Source of the DNA: an uncultured Candidatus Binatia bacterium
GTDB taxonomy: Bacteria > Desulfobacterota > Binatia > Bin18
NCBI GenBank assembly: GCA_965214605.1
Contig: OZ243961.1
Span: 672,001 to 736,000, forward strand
Length of the DNA stretch: 64,000 bases
Reading direction: 5' to 3'
Shown: piece by piece, positions 39,379-48,856 of the stretch
Numbering within the stretch: position 1 is the stretch's first letter
Layout: the number at the start of each line of letters is the position of its first letter
Translations under genes and position numbers: made by a program
Notes under the pieces: model-generated
Databases searched by the model: none
What the model saw: only the letters and a program-made list of their open reading frames with translations
Told to the model about the DNA's origin: nothing

Positions 39379-40331
39379 ATCTGTTCGTGGGTGGCAAACC
39401 AGACGCCCGGCTTGTTCTTCATGTACACGATCAGTTGCTCCAGCATCTGCATCCGAGAACGATGGCCAATGACCTGGGGATGGGTGACCAGCATATACAA
39501 CGTACCCTCTTCATACGCGCCGTCAAACTCGGCGGTCCAGATCGAATACACTTCGTCTGTGGTGCGTAAGCCCACATGCTGACTGGTCCAACTGAGCTGA
39601 AAATATGGCCAGTCATCCAGAATCCACTCAACCGGTAACTCGACCAACCCTGACTCTTGTCCGTCAGACATGAGGCTGTACGGACGATCATCCGCCATCA
39701 TACTGCTGTCGTACAAAAAGCCCATTTCTTTGACGATCTTGATCGTTGCCGGGGTCAGGTCCCAGGCCGCGGACCGAAAGCCAACCGGCCTCTTCCCCAC
39801 CGTTTGAATAAAAATATCCATTGCCTTTGCATACACCTCACGCTCTTGGTCTTCGGTCAGGCTCAGCGGGCTCTCATGGATATAGGAGTGAAAGCCAATC
39901 TCGTGCTGGGGGCGATCAATGATGGTCTGCACCGCCTCAGGGTGGAGTATCATAGACGCCGCGGGGATGAAGAACGTGGCTGGAATGGCGTGCTTGTCGA
40001 GCAGTTTCATGATACGCGGCAGCCCGGCCCGTGCCCCATACTCGCCACGCGACATATACGATGGACTGTGGTTGCCCTGAAAGCCGAGCCACACCGGCTC
40101 AGTGTCAAAGTCAAACGAGAGACTAACCGCCACTTTTGCGCCCCCAGGCCATTGTTTGGGAGTCAGGTCCTTGCCACTGCGGACGGTCCTCACATGGGCT
40201 TTCATCTCTTCAGGCGTCCACTGCCAGATCGGCTTGTCCTGCCCGGCCCTGAGGGCAGAGGCCGAACAGATAACACAGCTCACCAGTACACAAACGGTCT
40301 TTATCGTGTTCGGCCACAGGTTCGGCATCAC
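39321..40331 (-). CDS. Exported polysaccharide deacetylase (NodB/PgdA/PuuE-like)
   Basis: Signal peptide, SFDFD, HEIGFHSYIHE, YDSSMM, THPQVIG, VWFATHEQIARYV. Confidence 0.9.
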   Translation of the reverse strand: MMPNLWPNTIKTVCVLVSCVICSASALRAGQDKPIWQWTPEEMKAHVRTVRSGKDLTPKQWPGGAKVAVSLSFDFDTEPVWLGFQGNHSPSYMSRGEYGARAGLPRIMKLLDKHAIPATFFIPAASMILHPEAVQTIIDRPQHEIGFHSYIHESPLSLTEDQEREVYAKAMDIFIQTVGKRPVGFRSAAWDLTPATIKIVKEMGFLYDSSMMADDRPYSLMSDGQESGLVELPVEWILDDWPYFQLSWTSQHVGLRTTDEVYSIWTAEFDGAYEEGTLYMLVTHPQVIGHRSRMQMLEQLIVYMKNKPGVWFATHEQIARYVQGQTLLSAAAEEAP

Positions 40332-40689
40332 ATCTTCTCCTCAATACAGACAGGCTTGTTGCTCCATAGCAGATTTCAGCGGCTCTCAGGAAGGGCGTCC
40401 AATTCCATGCCCCCCTCTCCCTCTCCTTATCAATTCAAGAGAATGGTATAAGGTTCCTCGGATTGTTGCCCCACTCAAGCGGCAGACCAATTGGGGAGAC
40501 TTGGCACTATGGAAGTCACTTTGGAGGCTATCCATACTACCCGAGATCACTCTTCAGGAAGGAATCGACAGAGCAGCAGTCCAAAAACATGAAGCGCGTG
40601 GGGATTTACGAAAATCACTCTCTGCAGACGACGCCAGTAGCCTGCCTACTCAGACCCAAAAGCTGAGAACGGACTACAAAAAAATGCGG

Positions 40690-40980
40690 AGACTATGGCT
40701 GAGAATAACTAGACGGCTCTTGTCGAAGCTCCTGGACAGGTCACACGACTCTTGCCGCCTACCGTCTCCTACTCCACGTTCATTCCAAGCATGGCCCTAC
40801 CCCGGCCGAGAGCTCAGAGAATCTCGCTACTCTCTTGCGTCCTGTGCCCCTCCGAACACAACCCTCTCACGGGCGTGTGGAACCATCTGAGGTGGACCAC
40901 CTTGAATCCTTGGAACGAGAGGCGCCTAGGTCGGCAAGTCGTCAGCCTCATGGACCGCACTCGTACACAGAAATCCATCA
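40690..40980 (+). pseudogene. Possible decayed four-helix-bundle (TIGR02436/23S IVP-like) gene
   Basis: Frameshifted fragments TFIPSMAL + ELRESRYSL + VL resemble the family motif FIHKxxIxxKELRESRYWLxLL (recalled, not searched). Confidence 0.3.
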
Positions 40981-41601
40981 CTGCTGAGCTGTGCCGCTTG
41001 TGTTGTCGCTGTATTCGTCAAAGATTCTGCGCGCCCGAGGACCGTGGGCGGCTTCGGCTATTTCTGCAGCGGTGAATCTCTGACCTCCGGTTGCTCTGAT
41101 ACCGGGATCCACGTCCCCAGTATCGAGCAAGAGCTTTATGTGGTCTGTGAGGTGGAGTGTCGCGGTGTGATGGAGTACGGTAAAACCCGATCGACTCTGC
41201 ATATTAAGTATTTGACGCCGTAATCCTGCAAACTGTTGATCCTTTTGCGTGAGTCTAGCTTCCAGTTCCTCGACCAGATGTAGGAAGTCTTTAAAAAGCG
41301 TGGGGTCGGCCCATCTTATGCCCGATTCGTTCATCCCCCATGTTTGCTCAAGAAAATGGCTCGATAAAGGAACCCCCTCGCTCGATAAGGTATTTGAAAA
41401 ATTCTGCTCGGACTCCATCAGGACGCGCTCCAAACAAGTGAGCAGCTGTCCCCTCTGGCCACTCTGCAACTTATGAGCGGTAAAAGTGGCAATTTCCTGA
41501 TGGGTGTTGACATCTGAGCAACTCTGCGCAGTGACTCCCGCAGGAACACTCAAAAGTCCACCCAGCAGCGCCAAGGCTGCGATGGTCTTCAGTAACCTCA
41601 T
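40978..41601 (-). CDS. Secreted hypothetical protein with C-terminal ankyrin-like repeats
   Basis: Signal peptide MRLLKTIAALALLGG..VTA; SGFTVLHHTATLHLTDHIKLLLDTGDVDP..G..FTAAEIA matches the ankyrin consensus. Confidence 0.65.
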   Translation of the reverse strand: MRLLKTIAALALLGGLLSVPAGVTAQSCSDVNTHQEIATFTAHKLQSGQRGQLLTCLERVLMESEQNFSNTLSSEGVPLSSHFLEQTWGMNESGIRWADPTLFKDFLHLVEELEARLTQKDQQFAGLRRQILNMQSRSGFTVLHHTATLHLTDHIKLLLDTGDVDPGIRATGGQRFTAAEIAEAAHGPRARRIFDEYSDNTSGTAQQ

Positions 41602-41850
41602 ATCATAATAAGGAACAAATTTCGGACTAAGGGTCAACCGGTTGCAAGCACTTACCTTTTCAAGCGCGCTAGCGGAACGGCCAAGACAAAGGCCTTAGGC
41701 GGACTAACTACAATTTTCTTTTAGGAGTAGGGATTTGAGCAGCAACTCAGCCTGCTTTACCAAAGAGAATGCGCTCCGCCGCCCAGTGAGGTCGGATTAG
41801 CGAAGCCGTAATCCGACACAACCGCAAGCGGACTCTGTACACGCTTACCG

Positions 41851-42204
41851 CTACGACCGGGCGAAAATCTGCACGATGTTGCCAGCGGGATCGGTCGCGG
41901 TGAAATACCGGCCGTGACCACCCATATCGACGATATCGTTCACCTGGACACCGTTTTGGGTCAGCTTCTCCCACATTTCTCCTAGATCATCGACCTCTAA
42001 CACTACGGTGCCCCCACCACCCGGCGGAACCGTTCCTTCGCTCGGGTCGGCGAGCGCAACGGCCACACCGTTCACATCGAACTGGGTCCATCGGTCGCCA
42101 TCCCGAAATTTGATAGCCAGCCCCAGGACGTCCTGGTAGAAGCCCACCGCCTTGTCCATATCCTTGACCACGTAATACGCGCTGGAAAATTTCTTGACTG
42201 CCAT
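41851..42204 (-). CDS. VOC/glyoxalase family protein
   Basis: VKDMDKAVGFYQDVLGL, LEVDD, DPAGNIVQI. Confidence 0.9.
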   Translation of the reverse strand: MAVKKFSSAYYVVKDMDKAVGFYQDVLGLAIKFRDGDRWTQFDVNGVAVALADPSEGTVPPGGGGTVVLEVDDLGEMWEKLTQNGVQVNDIVDMGGHGRYFTATDPAGNIVQIFARS

Positions 42205-42328
42205 ATGCGCCGCCCTCCTCTACAGTTCGATATCGTCGCTGCCCAGCTATCAATTTTTTGTCGGCAGCGCAAACCAAGACAGAGCCAGTAGCCTCCCACC
42301 CTATTTTGGATTACAATCCGCGCCGCCT

Positions 42329-43192
42329 ATGCCGGAATTGCCCGAAGTTGAAACCATCGCCCGTAAACTGCGCCGAGGCCAGGCGCTCGAACCGGGCTTC
42401 CCGCCCTACCCGACTCCGCTAGGCCGCACCATCACAGCCGTGTGGCTGGACTGGCCACGGGCCGTTCGTCCCTCCGCAGACACGCTCATCCAAACCTTGC
42501 CGGGCCATCGCCTTGACTCAATCGGACGGCGTGGCAAATACCTGATCTTTGGCCTAAGGTCTATCTCCTCTCCCTCTTCACGCTATCTGCTCATCCATCT
42601 GAAAATGAGCGGCCGCCTCCATGTCCTAGAAGCAGACTTGCCGCGCGAAAAGCACGTACACTTTGCCTGCACCCTGGATAATGGTTACGAGCTGCGCTTC
42701 AACGACACGCGCAAATTTGGTCGGGTGTATCTGGTTGATGACTTTGACGAAGTCACCGGCCATCTCGGCCCTGAGCCGCTGGAAGAGACATTCACGCTGA
42801 ACGTCTTGCGGGCGCTGCTGACAAAGAAATCCGGCGGCCTTAAAGCCTTGCTCCTCAACCAATCGTTTATCGCCGGTATCGGCAACATTTATGCCGACGA
42901 GGCCCTGTGGCGGGCAAAGATTCACCCGCTGCGCCGGGCGAACAGTCTGCAAGCCGCAGAGATCGCCGCACTGCGCCGGGCAATTCGGGCCGCGCTCAGA
43001 GACGGCCTCAAACACGGTGGAGCGGCTATTGATTGGGTCTACCCAGAGGGCAAATATCAAGACCATTTCCGGGTCTATAAACAGGCCGATAAGCCGTGTC
43101 GTCGCTGCAAAACCAAGATCGAACGGATCCTCGTCGGCCAGCGCAGTACCCACTTTTGTCCTACCTGCCAAGTTGCAATCGGCGAACATTGA
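42329..43192 (+). CDS. mutM: Formamidopyrimidine-DNA glycosylase
   Basis: MPELPEVE start, [22 protein letters not shown]-terminal CxxC..CxxC zinc finger; ATG 42329. Confidence 0.95.
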   Translation: MPELPEVETIARKLRRGQALEPGFPPYPTPLGRTITAVWLDWPRAVRPSADTLIQTLPGHRLDSIGRRGKYLIFGLRSISSPSSRYLLIHLKMSGRLHVLEADLPREKHVHFACTLDNGYELRFNDTRKFGRVYLVDDFDEVTGHLGPEPLEETFTLNVLRALLTKKSGGLKALLLNQSFIAGIGNIYADEALWRAKIHPLRRANSLQAAEIAALRRAIRAALRDGLKHGGAAIDWVYPEGKYQDHFRVYKQADKPCRRCKTKIERILVGQRSTHFCPTCQVAIGEH

Positions 43193-43216
43193 ACAGTATG
43201 CTTGTCAAGAGGAGGT

Positions 43217-43309
43217 CGGTGCGAAAGCATCGGACAGCCTGTGGCTGACGGCGTGCACGCCGGTGCACAGACGTTGCCGCTCGCAAAGCATGTCCGGACG
43301 CTTGCACTG
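43217..43309 (+). other. About 93-nt imperfect rod-like hairpin in the mutM-GST intergenic region
   Basis: Nested pairings CGGTGC/GCACTG, AAGC/GCTT, TCGGACA/TGTCCGG, GTGGC/GCCGC, apical GTGCAC-GCCG-GTGCAC. Confidence 0.45.
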
Positions 43310-43448
43310 CGGATGGTCATTTAATGATTTCAAGCCGCTGGTGCCAGACCACAGATTGACAGTATTGATCAATTCTGCTCCTTCCTCGACAGCCCCTCTT
43401 ACCTACGCTAGATTTCCGCTGAGGAAACAAAAAAACAGGGAGGATAGC

Positions 43449-44135
43449 ATGATCGATCTCTACACCTGGCCGACGCCAAACGGCCACAAGGTTCACATTT
43501 TTCTCGAAGAAACCGGCCTGCCGTATACCGTCCACGCCATCGATATTGGCAAGGGAGATCAGTTTGCAGCCGAGTTTCTCAAAATCAGCCCGAACAACAA
43601 AATGCCGGCTATTGTTGACCAAGACGGACCGGGTGGAAAGCCGTATCCACTCTTTGAATCTGGAGCGATTCTGTTGTATCTGGCCGAGAAGACAGGTCAG
43701 TATATGCCCACAGATACGGCTGGCCGCTACGAGGTCATCCAGTGGTTAATGTTTCAGATGGGCGGCATCGGTCCAATGTTGGGCCAGGCGCACCATTTTC
43801 GCCTATACGCTCCAGAAAAAATCGACTACGCCTTTAACCGCTACACCAACGAAGCCGCCCGCCTCTACCGCGTTGTTGATAAACGCCTGAGCGATCATGA
43901 ATATCTGGCCGGCGAGTATTCGATTGCCGACATGGCGACGTTTCCATGGCTGCGCTATCACGAAAATCAGGGCCAGCGGCTTGAGGACTATCCGCATCTG
44001 AAGCGCTGGTATGATGGGCTTGAAGCTCGGCCGGCCGTACAACGCGGCTTGGCAATCCTCAAAGATGCGGCAAAACCCATGGACGAAAAGGCTAAGATGA
44101 TACTGTTCGGCAAACAGCAGTACGAGACACGCTAA
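43449..44135 (+). CDS. Glutathione S-transferase, YfcG/Ure2-like (nu class)
   Basis: [41 protein letters not shown]; ATG 43449 after GGGAGG. Confidence 0.93.
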   Translation: MIDLYTWPTPNGHKVHIFLEETGLPYTVHAIDIGKGDQFAAEFLKISPNNKMPAIVDQDGPGGKPYPLFESGAILLYLAEKTGQYMPTDTAGRYEVIQWLMFQMGGIGPMLGQAHHFRLYAPEKIDYAFNRYTNEAARLYRVVDKRLSDHEYLAGEYSIADMATFPWLRYHENQGQRLEDYPHLKRWYDGLEARPAVQRGLAILKDAAKPMDEKAKMILFGKQQYETR

Positions 44136-44160
44136 CAGATGGCGGGAGCCTCGGGCCTGG

Positions 44161-45513
44161 TCAATGCTCCACTATCCTAAACGGCTCTTCCGGCTCCCGG
44201 TACCGATAGGGCCGGACGCGGCGCTGGTGCCGAACGCCGTGCAAGCCGACCCGGTCGGTAAGATTTAACACAATGGACATCAGATCTTTTCCATACACCT
44301 GGCCAAGGCCTCCCTGGAAAGCCGTCCGTTCATGAAACTGCGAGACCTGATCGACCAACACATTTGGTCCGCCCGCAATGAGCAGAGGCACGGCCTCGCC
44401 CGAATGGATCAGGGGCCCACGACTCGGTGTGGCATGATCGCCCGTCACCACGACAAGGAGATCGTGACTATGTTCAATCCGCTGCACCACCGGCCTTAAG
44501 GCCGAGTCAAGCTGACCAATAATGTGCTTTTTCTCAAACGGATCTTTGCGATGGGCGGCGAGGTCCGGCCCTTTGGTATGCACATGGACAAATTCATAGC
44601 CGCGCTGAAAAAGCTCATCTACGGTCTGAAGCTTGTCTTGAAAATCCTGTAACATACTCGAATGGTGCGCCACCTTGACCGGGGTCATGCCACACACCCG
44701 AGCAATACCGGTGTACAGCGGATAGTTCTCAATACTGGCCGCTCGCAGCCCGTTCTGGTCCTGAAAAGGGGCGACCTGTGGTCTAGTTGCGGCCCATTTT
44801 GTCAACAAAAAGTTAATCCCCGCCTGGCGGTCGCGTTGGCGCTGATGGTTGAGCGGATGGGCCTGTAAACGCGTGTGCGCCCAGGCTAAGTACGCATTTA
44901 AGGCGCGTGCCGTCCGCTGGGCGTTGTCTTGGTCGGCAGCTTCTTCTAAGGGGAGGGCCTTGGCCACGGCCATACCATTCGCAAACGGATCAACATCGGA
45001 CACATACCGACTCGGGTGACCGGTCAGGCTCAAAATACCCTCACACCGTCCGCACTCTTGCAGGGAAAAGTGGATGTCGTGGCTCTCATACTCGGCAACA
45101 GCCGCACTCAGCACCCGACAGTCATGCTCGTCTTTTACCTGGTGCCGCTCCCACAGGAGAGCGTCACGGTAGACAATCCGGTCACGAACCGTTGTGGCGG
45201 CAAAGCTGGCTAGCAGGATAACCGAGTTAGCATGAACCTCGATGCCTCTGCCAATGGCCTCAAACGCGGCCCGACCCGGAAATTGCTCAAGCGGATAACC
45301 AAACAGCAGAAAGTGGGAGGTCTCGCTCTCCAAGGGGAGCCCCGGGGCAAGCGGGATGAGCTGGCCGTTCACACCGAGCTGGGCTAAGCGGTCAAGGTAC
45401 GGGGTGTGGGCGGCTTCGAGCGGTGTTTTTCCGCCCAGCGCCGCTTGGGGTCGGTCAGCAAGACCGTCGAGAACAATAAACAAGATGGGGATCTGGGCGT
45501 GAGCCTTCGGCAT
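44161..45513 (-). CDS. apgM: Cofactor-independent phosphoglycerate mutase, ApgM (archaeal-type) family
   Basis: LDGLADRP..GKTPLEAAHTP, PGRAAFEA, HTKGPDLAAH, TGDHATP, HSGEAVP. Confidence 0.8.
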   Translation of the reverse strand: MPKAHAQIPILFIVLDGLADRPQAALGGKTPLEAAHTPYLDRLAQLGVNGQLIPLAPGLPLESETSHFLLFGYPLEQFPGRAAFEAIGRGIEVHANSVILLASFAATTVRDRIVYRDALLWERHQVKDEHDCRVLSAAVAEYESHDIHFSLQECGRCEGILSLTGHPSRYVSDVDPFANGMAVAKALPLEEAADQDNAQRTARALNAYLAWAHTRLQAHPLNHQRQRDRQAGINFLLTKWAATRPQVAPFQDQNGLRAASIENYPLYTGIARVCGMTPVKVAHHSSMLQDFQDKLQTVDELFQRGYEFVHVHTKGPDLAAHRKDPFEKKHIIGQLDSALRPVVQRIEHSHDLLVVVTGDHATPSRGPLIHSGEAVPLLIAGGPNVLVDQVSQFHERTAFQGGLGQVYGKDLMSIVLNLTDRVGLHGVRHQRRVRPYRYREPEEPFRIVEH

Positions 45514-45535
45514 AGTGGCAGGAGGACTATCCCCC

Positions 45536-46090
45536 CTACTTTCCTCCCTTCCGTTGTAATCTTTCCTCGGCGTGTATGGCGCGTAAGACCTCGACGACTG
45601 CGTGTGGCACACAGGCTTCCCAGCCCTGGCCGGTCCTGAGCTTGTGGCGCACTTCGCTCCCGCTCACCTGTTTTGCCGCTCCCCTGTCCAGGACTTCCAC
45701 CGTCCAACCGCCGGCTTCGAGGCGCCGGAGTTTTTCGTGGCCCCAATCTGAAAACAAGCGGACATACTGAACAGCGTCAGCTGGACAGTACGCCCACCAG
45801 CGCTCAGAATGATGAATGGGAAAGGGAACGACCGAGCAACACGCCGCCTCAACCCCGGCTTCGGCCAGAGCGGCACGGACCATCCATTGGCGCTCAAAAA
45901 AGCTGAACGGGTTGGCATCAGGCTGATGGCGCCGGGGGTCTGTGGACTCTTCGACAACTGCCGATGGATCAGGGTTGGTAATACCGACAATCAGATGCGA
46001 GCAGCGAGACAGGGCGGCCATCGCGTATTCCAAATGTCCCGTATGAAACGGCTGAAAACGGCCGTGAATCATGCCGTAGCGCGCGGTCAT
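45536..46090 (-). CDS. HxGH nucleotidyltransferase (NMN adenylyltransferase NadM-like)
   Basis: GRFQPFHTGH, NPFSFFER, VSGSEVR..W...VP. Confidence 0.82.
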   Translation of the reverse strand: MTARYGMIHGRFQPFHTGHLEYAMAALSRCSHLIVGITNPDPSAVVEESTDPRRHQPDANPFSFFERQWMVRAALAEAGVEAACCSVVPFPIHHSERWWAYCPADAVQYVRLFSDWGHEKLRRLEAGGWTVEVLDRGAAKQVSGSEVRHKLRTGQGWEACVPHAVVEVLRAIHAEERLQRKGGK

Positions 46091-46107
46091 CCTTGATTCG
46101 CCTAGTG

Positions 46108-46482
46108 TCAGTATGATTGATCCGAGTTTGAGTCTTCCAAAGGAATAATCAGCGACTTGCGCGGCTGGCCATTTACTGCCCGGCTGATATGGCCCTGGCC
46201 GGCCGTATCTTCGGCCAGGAGGATTTCTCCGCTGCCCAAGATTCGCTTGGTGCCATCGCCAATCTCGATTTCCACCTCCCCCTCAAGCGTAACCACATAC
46301 TGGCGGCGTGGCGCGTTGTGCCAGCTCAAGTTGTAATCGCCCGAGTTCTCGCGGAAGATAACCCCCTTGGCTGGCATCAGGGAAGACATACTGCCGCCCG
46401 GACCGCCGTCTTTCAGTTCAACGTCAAGGTCCTCAAAATGGGACTGATTATCGGAGCCGGTGTAGATGCGAGTAACTTTCAT
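46108..46482 (-). CDS. Cupin-like protein
   Basis: WHNAPRRQYVVTLEGEVEI..G.ILLAEDTAGQGH. Confidence 0.8.
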   Translation of the reverse strand: MKVTRIYTGSDNQSHFEDLDVELKDGGPGGSMSSLMPAKGVIFRENSGDYNLSWHNAPRRQYVVTLEGEVEIEIGDGTKRILGSGEILLAEDTAGQGHISRAVNGQPRKSLIIPLEDSNSDQSY

Positions 46483-46505
46483 CGTGTTTCCTTTCAGCTT
46501 CGCAC

Positions 46506-47477
46506 TTATTTTGGGGCCAGTAGATTGAGGGCCTTGCGCGTCGCCGCCAAACGCTCCTCGTTCACCGGACTAACGGCCAGCACCGGCATACCCGCCCCAG
46601 CCTCATGAAATGCGGCCAGCTGCTCACGGCACATGCTCGGCGGGCCAAACACGCACACCTGGTCGACCATCCGATCAGACACCAGGGCTGCAGCAGCTTT
46701 GCGGTCTCTCGTTTGCCAGGCCTGTTGCATGGCGTTGACCTCATCGACAAATCCGCACCGTCGCCACTGGAGCCGATAAAAGGGCAGCTGGGCAAAAAAG
46801 GCCAAATTATAGCGCGCCGCAGAACGCGCCTGCTCAACATCTTCAGCGATAAAGGTCGGAATGCTGACGATACAGTCGATCTGTTCGGAATCTTTGCCAA
46901 CTCGCTGAGCCGCCGCCTTGGCCGCCTCAAGCAGGGTCGTCAGATACGTCCGGGCGGGCAGGAAAGGCATGATGCCGTCGGCTTCTTCACCGCCAACCGC
47001 AGCACTCTCAGCCGTCACCGAGGCAACATAAACCGGGACGTGGTGTTGGGACGCGCGGGGTCGAAAAAAAGCGCCAATTGACTCTCCGTTCAGCGTTTTC
47101 TTGAGCGTCTGTACGTATGAACGCATATACGCCCGGGGCTGATCCATCTTCATTCCTAGCGATTCAATCAGCGGCCGGTGACTCACTCCCAGTCCCAGGA
47201 CCAGGCGGCCGTCCGACAGCTCGGCGATCGTCCAAGCCGTCATGGCGGCCAGAAACGGGTGGCGAAAATAGATATTGGCAATGTTGGTTCCGACCTGTAT
47301 CCGAGAGGTCGCCAGCGCAATCGCCTCGGCACAAGCGAGGGCGTCCCCGCGCCCTTCATTCACCAATATCGCGGCAAAGCCCCGGTCTTCTGCCAACTTG
47401 CCTAACTCAACAAACTCCTTTGGCGGGGCTTCGGTTGCCGTTGACAACACGACCCCCAGACGAAATTGACCGGCCAT
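46506..47477 (-). CDS. LLM class flavin-dependent oxidoreductase
   Basis: LAEDRGF, ATSRIQVGTNI, LSDGRLVLGLGVSH, ADG. Confidence 0.88.
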   Translation of the reverse strand: MAGQFRLGVVLSTATEAPPKEFVELGKLAEDRGFAAILVNEGRGDALACAEAIALATSRIQVGTNIANIYFRHPFLAAMTAWTIAELSDGRLVLGLGVSHRPLIESLGMKMDQPRAYMRSYVQTLKKTLNGESIGAFFRPRASQHHVPVYVASVTAESAAVGGEEADGIMPFLPARTYLTTLLEAAKAAAQRVGKDSEQIDCIVSIPTFIAEDVEQARSAARYNLAFFAQLPFYRLQWRRCGFVDEVNAMQQAWQTRDRKAAAALVSDRMVDQVCVFGPPSMCREQLAAFHEAGAGMPVLAVSPVNEERLAATRKALNLLAPK

Positions 47478-47512
47478 AGCCTCTCCTTTCCTCTCAGGCG
47501 TGCGGACTTGGC

Positions 47513-47812
47513 CTACTCGGCTCCTTCCTCCATCACGGGGGGAACATCTCTTCTGTCACCACGAACCGCTTGGGCCTCTAACTCATAGGTCAGCGCGGCT
47601 GGCAGGCCCGTATCAACAACGATAAGCTTGCCTCGCTCTCCAATATACTGATACCGACCGGGCTGTGGGCGCAGTAACCAGCTGATGAGGCACAGTACGA
47701 GGAGAGCGATCAAACCAAACATCTGCCACGTTAAAAGCCTGAGGTAGCGTTCTATTTTTCTGAGACTGAGCCCCGAGTCGCCTACGTCGGCCCGTACACT
47801 TTTGGACGCCAT
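47513..47812 (-). CDS. Small hypothetical membrane protein
   Basis: 99 aa, single hydrophobic segment followed by GRYQ; AAGGAGG RBS. Confidence 0.65.
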   Translation of the reverse strand: MASKSVRADVGDSGLSLRKIERYLRLLTWQMFGLIALLVLCLISWLLRPQPGRYQYIGERGKLIVVDTGLPAALTYELEAQAVRGDRRDVPPVMEEGAE

Positions 47813-48051
47813 TCTTCCTCCTTAACGGAATAGACTTGTCTTTCTATAAAAGGTCTGCCAAGAATTCTCAACTCGGCCCGTCCGACAAACCCGGCTCCGG
47901 CCTACTCTGCTCCACCAACTCTCCGCATATTGTTTTTTCTCGTGTTCTGTGGTTCTGTAGCATCTCTCACCTCACGCGTCGGTTCTTTCAGCCATCAGTA
48001 AAGGCGCAGAAGGCAGGGCGAGGCATGGGCATCAAGACGAGACACGGGCGG

Positions 48052-48813
48052 ATGCATAACAATCCGAGGCAGCACGACCGTCGGGCAGCTATAAAGGCCG
48101 ACATGCGCCGCACGATCTGGCAGCTGTTGAGCGATCAGCAGGTCAGCCGTTTCCCCGGAGCCGAGAACCGTATTCCACACTTTACCGGTGCTGAGGCCGC
48201 CGCCCAGCTGCTCCAAGAGTTGACGGTGTGGCGCAAGGCGCGGGTGATCAAAATCAACGCCGATGCGCCTCAACTGCCGGTGCGCCGCGCGGCCCTGGCC
48301 GACGGCAAGATCCTGTACCTCTCCGTTCCTCGACTCAAATCCGAGAAGTGTTTTGTCGAGCTTGATCCTCAGCGGCTTGGCAGCCGTTGCCTGTTGGTCA
48401 ATAGCCTGCGCGGGGCGCTGAAATATGGGCAGCTGCTCGCCCCGCGTGAAATGCGACACATTGACGTTGTCGTCTGTGGCTCGGTCGCGGCCGGCCGTGA
48501 TGGGGCGCGTCTTGGCCTGGGAGGTGGGTTTGCCGACCTGGAGTACGCTCTGCTGCGCGAAGAAGGCTGGGTACGTGAGCTCACGCCGATCATTAGCACC
48601 ATCCATCCGCTCCAGATCATGGTGTCCAAAATCCCGATGCTGCCCCACGACGTGCCGGTTGATTTCATTGTCACGCCCAAAGACGTCATTGCCACGCGCT
48701 CTATCTACCCCCGACCGCGCGGTATTTACTGGGATTTGCTGCGGGAAACGAATGTGAACGCAATTCCAATTCTGCGCAAACGCATGCGCCAGGGAAACAC
48801 CGGGACACGTTAG
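48052..48813 (+). CDS. 5-formyltetrahydrofolate cyclo-ligase family (MTHFSD/archaeal-like subtype)
   Basis: RIPHFTGA, KINADAPQLPVR, GSVA..GARLGLGGGFADLEY, HDVPVDFIVTP; start uncertain (48025 or 48052). Confidence 0.85.
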   Translation: MHNNPRQHDRRAAIKADMRRTIWQLLSDQQVSRFPGAENRIPHFTGAEAAAQLLQELTVWRKARVIKINADAPQLPVRRAALADGKILYLSVPRLKSEKCFVELDPQRLGSRCLLVNSLRGALKYGQLLAPREMRHIDVVVCGSVAAGRDGARLGLGGGFADLEYALLREEGWVRELTPIISTIHPLQIMVSKIPMLPHDVPVDFIVTPKDVIATRSIYPRPRGIYWDLLRETNVNAIPILRKRMRQGNTGTR

Positions 48814-48856
48814 GGCGTGGACACGCCCCGAGGCCGCCAAGCAGCCTCTCTGTCTC

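Noticed and set aside
42891-43448. 414-aa N-terminally extended GST from the ORF track
   Set aside because: The extension overlaps mutM out of frame; the true start is ATG 43449 with a strong RBS and canonical N-terminus.
47813-48050. 6S RNA expected upstream of a 5-formyl-THF cyclo-ligase gene
   Set aside because: No long rod-like complementarity seen, and the gene is the MTHFSD-like rather than the YgfA subtype.
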